A DNA stretch of 62,883 nt from an uncultured Acetobacteraceae bacterium. Its GTDB lineage: Bacteria; Pseudomonadota; Alphaproteobacteria; Acetobacterales; Acetobacteraceae. This document shows, in pieces, positions 11,241 to 20,835 of the stretch. Numbering within the stretch: the first letter of the stretch is position 1; every line of letters begins with the position of its first letter. Position numbers and translations under genes: made by a program. The notes under the pieces were generated by a model. The model worked only from the letters and a program-made list of their open reading frames with translations. It was not told the origin of the DNA and ran no database searches. The DNA lies in assembly GCA_964250215.1 (NCBI GenBank), contig CAXUEX010000001.1, forward strand, positions 12,015 to 74,897, given 5' to 3'.

Positions 11241-12443
11241 TCAGCAGAGCGGCTGCACGCTCTTGAAGTAGTTCAGCAAGGTATATTGACCGTCGATGCC
11301 GAATGAGGGCTGCTCGCGGTAGAACCAGGAAAAGAAGGTGAGGTCCTGCACAGTATAGACAATGCCGTTCTGCATCTTCACCGTGCCGAAACTCAGTCCG
11401 GTCAGCGGATCGCCGACTTCCAGATTGCTCTGGCAGCCGGTGACCTGGCCGGTATGGCCCCAGGCCGGCGTGGGGTTGTTAACAAGCGGATCGTTCACCC
11501 ATTCGCCCAGTTCGTGGCTCATCACTTCCGAGTTCGGCGGCGTGGAACGCAGATCGAGCAGCACCGAAACGGCGTAGGTCTGGGTGCCTTTCGGCGTGGC
11601 ATACGCGTTGTGATAACCGGCCGCGCCACCGAAAACCACGTCATACGAGAGGAAGATCGGCAGCACGCCGGGATTGAGGTATTTCTTCAGCCCCGGGATC
11701 AGCGTGGTTTGCACCAGCTTGTCCCAAGTGTTGAAATCCAGCGTTCCAAGGCCGCCTGGCGCACCCGTGGCACACGTCATGGAAGAAGCCGGGCCGTTCA
11801 CCTTGATCGTCACCACCGGTGCCTGGCTCGGCTTGAACACGACGTGGTAATTGGGGTTCGACTTGCCGACATATCCCCAGAAATTCGCGCGCTGGAACAG
11901 ATCCTCATACTGCGAGTTGCCGATCAGCGTCTGGCCGATCGTGAGTTTGATGTTGTTGAACAGCGGCGAGCCGGCGATCAGCGTTGTGGCGGCGGCTGGC
12001 GAGCAGTTCGGCAGCGGGTTCGTGGCATCCAGCGTGCCGTTCGTGAACTCGAAACGCAGCGGCACGATTACGGCTTTCACGGTGGTGGTGCCGGCGCCTT
12101 TGCCGAGCGGGCTCTGGCCAATCATCGTGAAAGTGTAGCTCTTCCCGAGAGAAGTCACCTTGGCCGACCACGACGGAACTTTCAGCGGTGATTTCGCGAC
12201 CGCCTCCGCGACCCCGGCATCGTTGGCCGGGCTGTGCGGCGGGTTGGCACTGTGCCAGTGGTCGAGCGGCAAGGTGGCGGGATCGGGGCCGGGCGGCAGC
12301 GCGGTGTCGATCGCGATCGGCCGTTGCACGTTGGCCGCGCTGGATCCCAGCGCCGGCAGATCGGCAGCCAGGCTGGGCGATGCAGCGAGGCCAGCTATTC
12401 CGGCTACAGTACAAAAAAAGCGTGTGGATGCAGGGGTGCGCAT
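11241..12443 (-). CDS. secreted hypothetical protein
   Basis: Signal peptide MRTPASTRFFCTVAGIAGLAASPSLAA. High GC3 coding frame. No family recognised. Single SHELGEWVNDP motif near the C-terminus. Confidence 0.6.
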   Translation of the reverse strand: MRTPASTRFFCTVAGIAGLAASPSLAADLPALGSSAANVQRPIAIDTALPPGPDPATLPLDHWHSANPPHSPANDAGVAEAVAKSPLKVPSWSAKVTSLGKSYTFTMIGQSPLGKGAGTTTVKAVIVPLRFEFTNGTLDATNPLPNCSPAAATTLIAGSPLFNNIKLTIGQTLIGNSQYEDLFQRANFWGYVGKSNPNYHVVFKPSQAPVVTIKVNGPASSMTCATGAPGGLGTLDFNTWDKLVQTTLIPGLKKYLNPGVLPIFLSYDVVFGGAAGYHNAYATPKGTQTYAVSVLLDLRSTPPNSEVMSHELGEWVNDPLVNNPTPAWGHTGQVTGCQSNLEVGDPLTGLSFGTVKMQNGIVYTVQDLTFFSWFYREQPSFGIDGQYTLLNYFKSVQPLC

Positions 12444-12624
12444 GGAAGCCTCCGGTCGAACGCGGCGCATCCTCCGCGTGGCCATCTTCCCGTCAATCGC
12501 GACCGGCCGGCACGCATGACGAATTCAGGATTTCGTCAGAATTCTCACGCATTTTGTACAATAGTCACCGGGAAATTGGCAACCCAGGGATGTAACGATC
12601 ACGGGTTGCTCGCGTGAATGGCGG

Positions 12625-15585
12625 TTATCGCGCCCCGTTCGTGGGTTTGGCGGGCATGGCAAGCGCTCGATCCAGTGCCGCGCGGGTCAGGCGAAAGCCT
12701 TGCACAGCGTCGGCGCTTGGGGCTGCGTCGGCGCCGTCCACGGCAATGGCAAGCTTGTCCAGTTGGTCAGATATTGCCGTCAGACCTTCGGCGCGCGCCG
12801 CGTCGCGCAGCGCCGTCCGGCACTGCACGCGCGCCTGCTCGATTTCGCGCGCGAGCTCGAATTGCGCATCGAGGGCGCCGGGAGCCAGACGCAGCCGCGG
12901 GTCGGGGCGAACCTGCAAATCCTGCGTGTAGGTCTTGCCGTCCACCGTCAGTTTCACCGCATAGCGGCCTGGCGGCACCCATACGGGCTGCGGCGGCGGG
13001 TCGCCGCCGTGCAGAATTTGCGGCAGCTTCAAACGCAGGTTCCACACGAAGCGATGCGCGCCCGGCGTGGTTTCCAGCCGCGCCGGCGGCCGCACCCATT
13101 CCGGCGCCACCTCCAGCGTCTCGGGATCGATCCGGGGCGCCGGATCGTCGCTGGCGAAATGACGGAGACGCTCGGCGCCCTTGAAGATGTCGAGCGCTAT
13201 CGGGCTTTGCGCAGCCGTTGCGAGGCTGTAATCGATCATTGCGCCCTCCGGCGGGTTCGGCGCCGCCGGCTCCTCTTTCGGCAACGGCGTGCCGGTGAAA
13301 TCGGGCGCGTGCACGCGCACGGCGGGGGAAGGCGGGAAAAGTTGCGTGTGAATTGCCGGTGCCGCCACGAGCGACCGGAGTTGCGCCACGTCGTCCAGCA
13401 CGTAAAAGCCGCGGCCATGCGTCGCGATCACCAGATCGTCGTCATGCACCGTGATGTCGCGCACGGAGGTGATCGGCAATGCGTTCTGCAGCTTCTGCCA
13501 GTGATCGCCATCGTCGAACGAAACGAAGAAGCCGCGCTCGGTGCCGGTATAGAGTAGGCTGGCCTGGCGGGGATCCTCGCGCACCACGTTCGTGCTGTTC
13601 GGTCCGTCCTCTTGCGGCAAGCCGTTCACGATCGCCTGCCAATGCGCGCCGCCATCGTGCGTGCGAAACAGGTAGGGCGCCTGGTCATCCAGCCGGTGAC
13701 GGTCGACCGCGAGATAGGCTGTATCGGCATTGAAATGCGATGCCTCGATGATGCCGATCTTCGACCATGCGGCGAGGCCGGGCGGGGTGATTTCTTGCCA
13801 GTTTGCGCCATCGTCCCGCGTGCGCCACACGCGCCCGTCATCCGTGCCGGCCCAGATCAGCCCGGGCGAGATCGGCGAGGGTGCGAGCGCATAGACCACA
13901 CCGCGCCGCTTGCCGGGACCGTCCACATCGGCGGCCGTTGGCGTATCGAGCGTGGGCGGCACGCCGGGATCGGGGCGGGTGAGATCGGGGCTGATCGGCT
14001 GCCAATGTTCGCCGCCGTCGCCGGTGCGGAACACGCGCTGATTGGCAAAATACAGCGCATGGTCGCGCGGCCCCCACAGCAGCGGCAGCGTCCATGTACC
14101 GCGATACGCATCAGGGAACGCGAGCGTGGGATCGACGCTGCGCAACTGACCGGAACGCAAATCCAGCTTGTCCACCCGGCCGCCGAACACGGTCTGGGGA
14201 TCGTCGGGGTCGGGCGCGATGTTGTCGCTCTCGCCGCCGGCGGCACTTTCGAAGAACTGCATCATGGAAATGCCGTCGAAATTGTTGCCGCTGCGGCTGG
14301 GCACCGCGGCCGCGCCGCTGTCCTGCTGCGCGCCATAAACACGGTAGGGGAACGAATTGTCGGTGATCACATGATAGAACTGGCCGGTGGGCTGGTTGTA
14401 CCAGGAACTCCACGTAGTGCCGCCGTTCAGCGATACCATCGCCCCCTGGTCCACGCCGAGCATCCGTCGGTCGGGGTGGCTGGGGTCGATCCAGAGCGTG
14501 TGGAAATCGTCGCCCGTGGGGTCGCCGAGCACCGGCGAGAAATGCGCGCCGGCATCTTGCGAATGTAGCAATATGGTGTCGCAGACGAAAACCTGATCGG
14601 CATCGGCCGGATCGGCGGTGATGCCGGAGAAATACCAGCCGCGTTCGGTGATCCGCTTATCGGCGGAAACGCGGGTCCAGGTCGCGCCGCGGTCCTCGCT
14701 GCGGTAGAGCCCCGCGCCGTTGCCGTCGCGCACGCTGATCAGCGCATAAACGCGATTTGGCCGCGCGGCGCTGGTGGCCAGCCCGATGCGGCCGGGGTTG
14801 GGCGGCAGGCCGTTGCCGGTAAGTTGCTTCCAGGTCCGGCCGCCATCGGTGGATTTATATAGGCCGCTGCCTGGGCCGCTGGAGGGCGGATACACGCTCC
14901 AGGGCGGCCGGCGCGTCTGCCAGAGCGCGGCATAGACCGTGCTGGGGTCGTCGGGCGCCGCGGCAAGGTCGATCGCGCCGGTATCGGCATCGCGGAACAG
15001 CGTGCGTGTCCAGTGGGCGCCGCCATCCTCGGTGCGGAACACGCCGCGTGCCGGGTTCGGCCCATACGGGTGGCCTAGGGCGGCAACCAGCACCACGTTG
15101 GGGTTGTTGGGGTCGATCAGGATGCGGGCGATCTGCTGCGTGTCGGCGAGGCCGAGCGGCCGCCAATGGTCGCCCGAATCGTCGCTGCGATACAGGCCGG
15201 TGCCCTGGGCGATGTCGGAGCGCATGTCCGCCTCGCCGGTGCCCACATAGAGCGTGGCCGGGGCGGAAGGGGCAACACCCAGCGCGCCGATCGAGGCCAC
15301 GGACATGGCATCGAAAACCGGTTGCCAAGTGCGGCCGGCATCGTTCGTGCGCCAAACGCCCCCATTCACCGCCCCGAAGTAGAAGCGGCGCGGGTCGTCC
15401 GGGGTGCCGGCAACGGCCAGCACACGGCCGCCGCGGAACGGGCCGATCGAACGCCAGTGCAGATTGGCCAGCATAGCCGGATCGACCGGGCCGGCCGCCC
15501 CGGCCAGCAAGGCGGCGAGCGCCAGAACAACGGCAGCGGCCACCCGGCCGGCCGCGTCACGATTTTGCAAAGGTTTGGTTTTCAA
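12625..15585 (-). CDS. secreted BNR/Asp-box (sortilin/VPS10-like) beta-propeller protein
   Basis: 986 aa with a signal peptide. Many Asp-box-like repeats: SxDxGxxW variants SDDSGDHW, TEDGGAHW, STDGGRTW, SEDRGATW, SQDAGAHF, TGDGGEHW, TRDDGANW, THDGGAHW and FDDGDHW. Confidence 0.8.
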   Translation of the reverse strand: MKTKPLQNRDAAGRVAAAVVLALAALLAGAAGPVDPAMLANLHWRSIGPFRGGRVLAVAGTPDDPRRFYFGAVNGGVWRTNDAGRTWQPVFDAMSVASIGALGVAPSAPATLYVGTGEADMRSDIAQGTGLYRSDDSGDHWRPLGLADTQQIARILIDPNNPNVVLVAALGHPYGPNPARGVFRTEDGGAHWTRTLFRDADTGAIDLAAAPDDPSTVYAALWQTRRPPWSVYPPSSGPGSGLYKSTDGGRTWKQLTGNGLPPNPGRIGLATSAARPNRVYALISVRDGNGAGLYRSEDRGATWTRVSADKRITERGWYFSGITADPADADQVFVCDTILLHSQDAGAHFSPVLGDPTGDDFHTLWIDPSHPDRRMLGVDQGAMVSLNGGTTWSSWYNQPTGQFYHVITDNSFPYRVYGAQQDSGAAAVPSRSGNNFDGISMMQFFESAAGGESDNIAPDPDDPQTVFGGRVDKLDLRSGQLRSVDPTLAFPDAYRGTWTLPLLWGPRDHALYFANQRVFRTGDGGEHWQPISPDLTRPDPGVPPTLDTPTAADVDGPGKRRGVVYALAPSPISPGLIWAGTDDGRVWRTRDDGANWQEITPPGLAAWSKIGIIEASHFNADTAYLAVDRHRLDDQAPYLFRTHDGGAHWQAIVNGLPQEDGPNSTNVVREDPRQASLLYTGTERGFFVSFDDGDHWQKLQNALPITSVRDITVHDDDLVIATHGRGFYVLDDVAQLRSLVAAPAIHTQLFPPSPAVRVHAPDFTGTPLPKEEPAAPNPPEGAMIDYSLATAAQSPIALDIFKGAERLRHFASDDPAPRIDPETLEVAPEWVRPPARLETTPGAHRFVWNLRLKLPQILHGGDPPPQPVWVPPGRYAVKLTVDGKTYTQDLQVRPDPRLRLAPGALDAQFELAREIEQARVQCRTALRDAARAEGLTAISDQLDKLAIAVDGADAAPSADAVQGFRLTRAALDRALAMPAKPTNGAR

Positions 15586-15656
15586 TCGGCGGCGTTCCGT
15601 CTAACGATTAGGCCCCCGGCTCGCGAGCGAGTCGGCAACATCGGGCGAGGGCATCC

Positions 15657-16019
15657 ATGGCGACGAAGAAAGCAGAAACCGCGACCGCGAAGAAGGCCCC
15701 GGCCAAGGCCGCGCCGGCCAAGACGGCATCGGCCAGTGCGGGCGCGAAAAAGCCGGCGGCACCAAAGCCGGGGGCGAAGCCGAATGCGTTGCAGCAGCCG
15801 CTGACGCCTTCCAAGGAGCTGGGGGCCGTGGTGGGCGCGAGCAAGCTTTCGCGCGGCGAGGTGGTGAGCAAGGTGTGGGCGTATATCCGCGAGCACAATC
15901 TGCAGAACCCGGAGAACAAGCGCGAAATCCTGGCGGATGCCAAGCTGAAGGCGGTTTTCGGCAAGGACCGCGTGACGATGTTCGAGATGAACAAGCACCT
16001 GGCGGCGCATTTGAGTTGA
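15657..16019 (+). CDS. SWIB/MDM2 domain protein with Lys/Ala/Pro-rich histone-H1-like N-terminal tail
   Basis: The N-terminal 45 aa are AKKAPAKAAPAK-type low complexity. The C-terminal region LTPSKELGAVVG...RGEVVSKVWAYIREHNLQNPENKREILADAKLKAVFG...MFEMNKHL is the SWIB fold signature. Confidence 0.85.
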   Translation: MATKKAETATAKKAPAKAAPAKTASASAGAKKPAAPKPGAKPNALQQPLTPSKELGAVVGASKLSRGEVVSKVWAYIREHNLQNPENKREILADAKLKAVFGKDRVTMFEMNKHLAAHLS

Positions 16020-16045
16020 CGGCGCCCCGCCGGCGGTTCGTCCGG

Positions 16046-16705
16046 ATGCGGCTTTACGGCTATTTCCGGTCCTCCGCTTCGTGGCGGATACGGATTGTGC
16101 TGGCGTTGAAAGGGATCGAAGCGGAGCAGGTGCCGGTGCATCTGCTGCGCGACGGTGGCGAGCAGCACGGCGCGAATTTCGCGGCGCTCAATCCGCAGCA
16201 ACTGGTGCCGCTGCTGGTGACAGACGCGGGCCAGGCGATTGGGCAATCGATCGCGATCGCCGAATATTTGGAGGAGACGGCGCCTCAACCGAAGCTGCTG
16301 CCCAGCGATGCCGGCGCGCGCGCCTATGTGCGCGGCGTAATGGACGCTATCGCCTGCGACATACATCCGCTGAACAATCTGCGCGTGTTGCGCTACCTGG
16401 CCGGTCCGCTGGGTCAAGCCGAGCCGGCGCGCGATGCCTGGTATCGCCATTGGGTGGAACGCGGGCTGGCGGCGGTGGAGCGGGTGGTGCGGCAATCCGG
16501 CCGTGCCGGGGCGTTCTGCTGCGGCGATGCGCCGGGGCTGGCGGATGCGTTCCTAGTGCCGCAGCTCGGCAACGCCCGGCGTTACGCCTGCGACCTTTCG
16601 TCCTGCCCGACGCTGGTGGCAATCGACGGGCGCTGCGCAGCGATCCCCGCTTTCCGGACGGCCCGACCGGAAGCGCAGGCGGACGCGGAGCCGCGAGCGG
16701 GCTAA
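16046..16705 (+). CDS. maiA: maleylacetoacetate isomerase (zeta-class GST)
   Basis: MRLYGYFRSSASWRIRIVLALKGI...LNPQQLVPLL...SIAIAEYLEE is a typical GST-zeta N-terminus. Start at Met58 of track ORF 15875..16705. Confidence 0.85.
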   Translation: MRLYGYFRSSASWRIRIVLALKGIEAEQVPVHLLRDGGEQHGANFAALNPQQLVPLLVTDAGQAIGQSIAIAEYLEETAPQPKLLPSDAGARAYVRGVMDAIACDIHPLNNLRVLRYLAGPLGQAEPARDAWYRHWVERGLAAVERVVRQSGRAGAFCCGDAPGLADAFLVPQLGNARRYACDLSSCPTLVAIDGRCAAIPAFRTARPEAQADAEPRAG

Positions 16706-16734
16706 TTTCGGACGCTGCTGTATAAGCGCCGCCG

Positions 16735-18036
16735 ATGTCTGCGCTGCTGGAACTCGCCGTCGTACTGCTGCTGATTCTACTGAATGGCGTTTTTGCCATG
16801 GCCGAGCTGTCGCTGATCTCGGCTCGGCGGGCGCGGCTCGCGGTGCTGGAACGCAAGCGTGTGCCGGGCGCGATGGTGGCGCGCGAATTGGCGGAGAACC
16901 CACAGCTGTTTCTGCCGACGGTGCAGATCGGCGTGACGCTGGTGAGCATTCTGGCCGGCACGGTGGGCGGCGCGCGGCTGTCGGCGCACCTGGTGCCCTG
17001 GCTTTCGCGGCTGCCCTATGTCGGGCGGGCGGCAGAGGGCCTTTCGCTGACGCTGGTGGTGATCGGCATCACATTCCTGACGCTGGTGCTGGGCGAGCTT
17101 GTGCCGAAGCAGCTCGCGCTGCGGGCGCCGGAGGCGACGGCGACGTGGATGGCGCGGCCGATCCGGCTGCTGGCGCGGCTGATGGCGCCGATCGTGTGGT
17201 TGCTGGGGCACGCTTCCGACCTTGTGCTGCGGCTGCTGCGGCGGTCCGACCGGACGCGGCAGGCGGTGACCGAGGAAGAGCTGCGGGCGCTGCTAGCCGA
17301 GGGCACGGCGGCCGGCGTGCTGGAAACCGAGGAACGGGACATCATTGAGCGCGTGCTGCGGCTGGCCGACAAGCCGGTGCGCGCGATCATGACCCCGCGT
17401 ACGGAACTCGCCTGGATCGACCGCACCGATCCGCGCCGCGACATCGTGCTGGCGCTGAAGGCCGCGCCGCACAGCCGTTTCGTGGTGGGCGAGGGTTCGG
17501 TGGATAACGTGGTGGGCGTGGTGCAGGCGAAAGACCTGCTGGACCGCATCCTGGATGGCAACGATCTTTCGCTGACCGCGGCGCTGCGCCAGCCGATCGT
17601 GGTGCCGGATACAGTGACGGCGCTGGATGCGCTGGAGCGGCTGAAATCCGATCCGCTAGGGCTGGCACTGGTGATCGACGAGTACGGAAGTTTCGAGGGC
17701 GTTGTGACCGCGGCGGATGTGCTGGAAGCGATCGTGGGCGAGGCGGGCGAACCGGCGCGGCCGGCGGCATCGGGCGCGGAGCCCGTCGAGGCCGGTCCGT
17801 TGCTGCTGGATGGGATGATGCCGGTAGACGAGCTGAAAGCGCGGCTGCTGCTGCCCGATCTTCCGGGCGAGGGCGGCTATCACACATTGGGCGGCTTGCT
17901 TCTGGCGCTGCTGCGGCGCGTGCCCATTGCCGGCGACCGGATCGTATTCGGCGGCTGGCTGTTCGAGGTGTTGGAAGTGGATGGCAGGCGCGTGCAGCGC
18001 GCGCGGGCAAGCCGGGAGAAGCTCGCGGGTTCGTGA
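16735..18036 (+). CDS. HlyC/CorC (CNNM/TlyC) family transporter
   Basis: DUF21 transmembrane N-terminus (NGVFAMAELSLISARR), a CBS pair (PVRAIMTPRTEL..., VVGVVQAKDLL) and a CorC_HlyC C-terminal domain. Confidence 0.9.
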   Translation: MSALLELAVVLLLILLNGVFAMAELSLISARRARLAVLERKRVPGAMVARELAENPQLFLPTVQIGVTLVSILAGTVGGARLSAHLVPWLSRLPYVGRAAEGLSLTLVVIGITFLTLVLGELVPKQLALRAPEATATWMARPIRLLARLMAPIVWLLGHASDLVLRLLRRSDRTRQAVTEEELRALLAEGTAAGVLETEERDIIERVLRLADKPVRAIMTPRTELAWIDRTDPRRDIVLALKAAPHSRFVVGEGSVDNVVGVVQAKDLLDRILDGNDLSLTAALRQPIVVPDTVTALDALERLKSDPLGLALVIDEYGSFEGVVTAADVLEAIVGEAGEPARPAASGAEPVEAGPLLLDGMMPVDELKARLLLPDLPGEGGYHTLGGLLLALLRRVPIAGDRIVFGGWLFEVLEVDGRRVQRARASREKLAGS

Positions 18037-18185
18037 TACCGACGGGCAAAAGTGGCAGCGTTCCTGCCTCTTTCGACATGAAGCGGAGTAGCGGGCGAGC
18101 GGCTACGTTCAACCTAAAAGAATTGCTTGTCTCATGGTGCAACCTATGCGTGTATATTGCGCACGACGCATGAAGGGAGCGCGCT

Positions 18186-19451
18186 ATGAAATCCGCCGCC
18201 TGGTTCGCCGTCTTTGTGTCGCTTGCAGCACCCGCTATGGCCGATCCCGGCGCGGCGCCAACCGTGGTGGTTGTTGGGGGCGTGGATGCAACGCTGAGCC
18301 CTGATCTGGCGAAGGAATTCGCGATCGTGCCGGTGGGCGAACAGTTTGTCGGCGCCAGCGTTTCCAGCCCCGCGGCGCAGGAGGGTTTCCTGCAGAACGA
18401 CTGCACGTTCGGTGTGCTGCCGAATTGCAGTTGGTCGCCACTGGGCCCGGGTTCGCCGGTGGATTTCGGGGTGAGCCTGGTGCCGCTGACCAAGGCGCAA
18501 GTGGCCGCCTACAATCAGGGGCAGGGTGCCGGGGACGGGCCGCCGATCCAGTTTCCGCTCTACGGCCTTGCGGTGGCCATTCCGGTGGTGAACTCCGCAA
18601 TCACCACGAACGGCAGGCTGCTGCTGGGCGATGGCGAGTTGTGCGGCATCCTTTCGGGCCAGATCACCGATTGGTCGCAATTCAGCGTCATGGCGGCGCC
18701 GGGGCCATTCAAGGTAGTCTACGATGCCGATCCGGGCAGCGGTATGACCTGGCTGCTGACGCAGCATCTGGCGGCAGTGTGCGATGCAACGAATTCCGCA
18801 TTCACGCAGCTTCCGGTGCCGGTGACCAGCGATTTCACGCAATTGCCGGTGCCGGGTGGCATCAGCGGCGACAATCATTACATTTCCGGCGTGGACGGCG
18901 GCGGTGTGCAAGCGGCGCTGCTATCCGCCAATTCGGCGATCGGCTATATCGGCGCGAATTACACCAGCTTGCTGCCGCACTCCCCGGTCACCTCGACGTT
19001 GGTTGTCGCGGGCTATTACAATTCGGCGGCGGCGGCGGTCTACACGCCTTCGCAAGGCAGCGCGAAGCTGGCGTTGAACAATCCGGGCCCCTCGGCGGTG
19101 AATGCTTCGCCGCCGGCGTCGGCGGGCGCCGCCGCCGACCCGACGCGATGGGTTCCGATCGTGCCCAACCCGGTCATGGGCTATCCGATCGTCGGCTACG
19201 CCAACTGGATACTTTCCACCTGCTACCGGGTGATCGCCCCGCAGGTGTTGCAGTATCTCTCGTCGCCGCTGAACCCGAAGGCGCATGTTTCGATCGCCGC
19301 GGCCGAAGGGTTCGTGCAGCTGACGGACGCGAGCCCCGCCTATGCGGGTGCGGTGGCGAACATTCTGCTGAGCAACCAGGATGGCTACAATTTGGAGATC
19401 CAGAACCCCGAGGCGTGCGGCGGCCGTGCACAGGGCAGTCCAGATGAGTAG
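18186..19451 (+). CDS. PstS/DING-like periplasmic binding protein, paralogue 1
   Basis: Signal peptide. LCGILSGQITDWSQF and DADPGSGMTWLLTQHL resemble the PstS L..I..G.I..W and DGSGTT..FT.YL motifs. Six conserved Cys are shared with paralogue 2. Confidence 0.6.
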   Translation: MKSAAWFAVFVSLAAPAMADPGAAPTVVVVGGVDATLSPDLAKEFAIVPVGEQFVGASVSSPAAQEGFLQNDCTFGVLPNCSWSPLGPGSPVDFGVSLVPLTKAQVAAYNQGQGAGDGPPIQFPLYGLAVAIPVVNSAITTNGRLLLGDGELCGILSGQITDWSQFSVMAAPGPFKVVYDADPGSGMTWLLTQHLAAVCDATNSAFTQLPVPVTSDFTQLPVPGGISGDNHYISGVDGGGVQAALLSANSAIGYIGANYTSLLPHSPVTSTLVVAGYYNSAAAAVYTPSQGSAKLALNNPGPSAVNASPPASAGAAADPTRWVPIVPNPVMGYPIVGYANWILSTCYRVIAPQVLQYLSSPLNPKAHVSIAAAEGFVQLTDASPAYAGAVANILLSNQDGYNLEIQNPEACGGRAQGSPDE

Positions 19452-20694
19452 GTCGGGCGGCTGCTTCGGGATTGTCGCGGGTTCGTGGCTGTTCGCGGCG
19501 GCGCCGGCCTATGCCGATCTTTACGTAAACGGCGGCGGCGATCCCGTGATCATGCCGGCGTTGAGCGCGGAGCTGCAGGTGGTTTACGCGGGCCAGCATT
19601 TCACCGCGGCCACGGTGGATAGCATGGATGCGACCGGCGGATTCCTGAGTAACGATTGCACGTTCGGCATCCTGCCCAATTGCAGCTGGTCGCCGCTCGG
19701 CGCTGGCACCGCGGTAGATTTTTCGGTGAGCCTGATCCCGCTAACCGAGGCGCAGGTGAAAACCTATTCCGCTGGGCTGGGTGGCACGGATGGGCCGCTG
19801 GTGCAGTTCCCGCTGTATGCGCTGCCGATTGCGATTGTGGGACAGGAGAATGGAATTACCGCGAATGGCCAGTTGGTCCTGGATGACGGTGCGCTTTGCG
19901 GCATTTTCTCCGGCCAGCTCACGGATTGGTCGCAGTTCAGCAACAGCGTGCCAGCGGGCGGTTTTTCCGTGGTGTACGATGCCAACGATGGCAGCGGTGC
20001 CACCTGGTTGCTGACGCAGCATCTGAACGCCGTGTGCAATTCGACAAACTCGGTGTTCACTTCGCTGCCAGTGCCGGTAACCGGCAATTTCGCGAGCCTG
20101 CCAGTTCCCGGCGGGGTGGCGAACAACCCGCGCTTTGCGGCCGCCGCCGGCGGCACGGGAATGCAATCCGCGCTGCTCAACAGGCTATCGGCGCTCGGCT
20201 ACATCGGCCCGTCCTTCACCAGCATCGCGCCGTCGTCGCCCGCCACCTCCAACCTGAACGTGGCGGCTCTCGTGAACGGGCAGAACCACGTGCCCTACAC
20301 GCCCAGCACCACCGCCACGGCACTGGCGCTGCGCAGCCCCGGGCCGGGCTCCGTGAACGTCAATCCGCCCTCTACCATGCAGCAGGCGGCAGATCCGACG
20401 AACTGGGTGCCGCAGGTGCCGCAACCGGCGGCGGGCTACCCGATCGTGGGTTACGCCAACTGGATACTGAGCACCTGTTACGCCAGCGTCGGACGTGTGG
20501 TGCTGCAGTATCTCGCCACGCCTTACGATCCCACGGAGCACACGGCGATCATCGGTCAAAACGGCTTCGTGAAGCTGAATTCGGTCAACGGCCGCCTTGC
20601 CCAGGCCGTCGGCAACGTGCTGCTGCGTGATGGTAGCGGCTACGGCCTGAACATCGAGAACGCGCTCGCCTGCCTCGCTTATCGCGGGAGATGA
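19444..20694 (+). CDS. PstS/DING-like periplasmic binding protein, paralogue 2
   Basis: Starts at Met22 of track ORF 19381..20694, with an 8-nt overlap with paralogue 1. The predicted mature N-terminus DLYVNGGGDPVIMP resembles the DINGGG start of DING proteins. LCGIFSGQLTDWSQF and DANDGSGATWLLTQHL. Confidence 0.6.
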   Translation: MSRSGGCFGIVAGSWLFAAAPAYADLYVNGGGDPVIMPALSAELQVVYAGQHFTAATVDSMDATGGFLSNDCTFGILPNCSWSPLGAGTAVDFSVSLIPLTEAQVKTYSAGLGGTDGPLVQFPLYALPIAIVGQENGITANGQLVLDDGALCGIFSGQLTDWSQFSNSVPAGGFSVVYDANDGSGATWLLTQHLNAVCNSTNSVFTSLPVPVTGNFASLPVPGGVANNPRFAAAAGGTGMQSALLNRLSALGYIGPSFTSIAPSSPATSNLNVAALVNGQNHVPYTPSTTATALALRSPGPGSVNVNPPSTMQQAADPTNWVPQVPQPAAGYPIVGYANWILSTCYASVGRVVLQYLATPYDPTEHTAIIGQNGFVKLNSVNGRLAQAVGNVLLRDGSGYGLNIENALACLAYRGR

Positions 20695-20835
20695 GAAGCC
20701 CCCCGGGGCTCCCGAGGCCACGTCAAAACACGTTATGGTAGTGCTTACTGCAAGACTTTCCATTGAAAGTGGTATTAACCTCTGATATACCCTTTCCGCG
20801 ACGGGGCAGATACGCCGGAGGGAAAGCGGGCAGCC

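Noticed and set aside
11499-11516. HELGEW read as a zinc-metalloprotease HEXXH motif
   Set aside because: The fifth residue is Glu, not His, so this is not HEXXH. No third-ligand motif was recognised. It is kept only as a possible metal-site hint.
18100-18185. Possible Pho box upstream of the PstS-like genes (CTTGTCTCATGGTGCAACC); also examined at 20720..20835
   Set aside because: Only one half-site resembles CTGTCAT, and the second repeat at the required 11-bp phase is poor. This is not enough to claim PhoB control.
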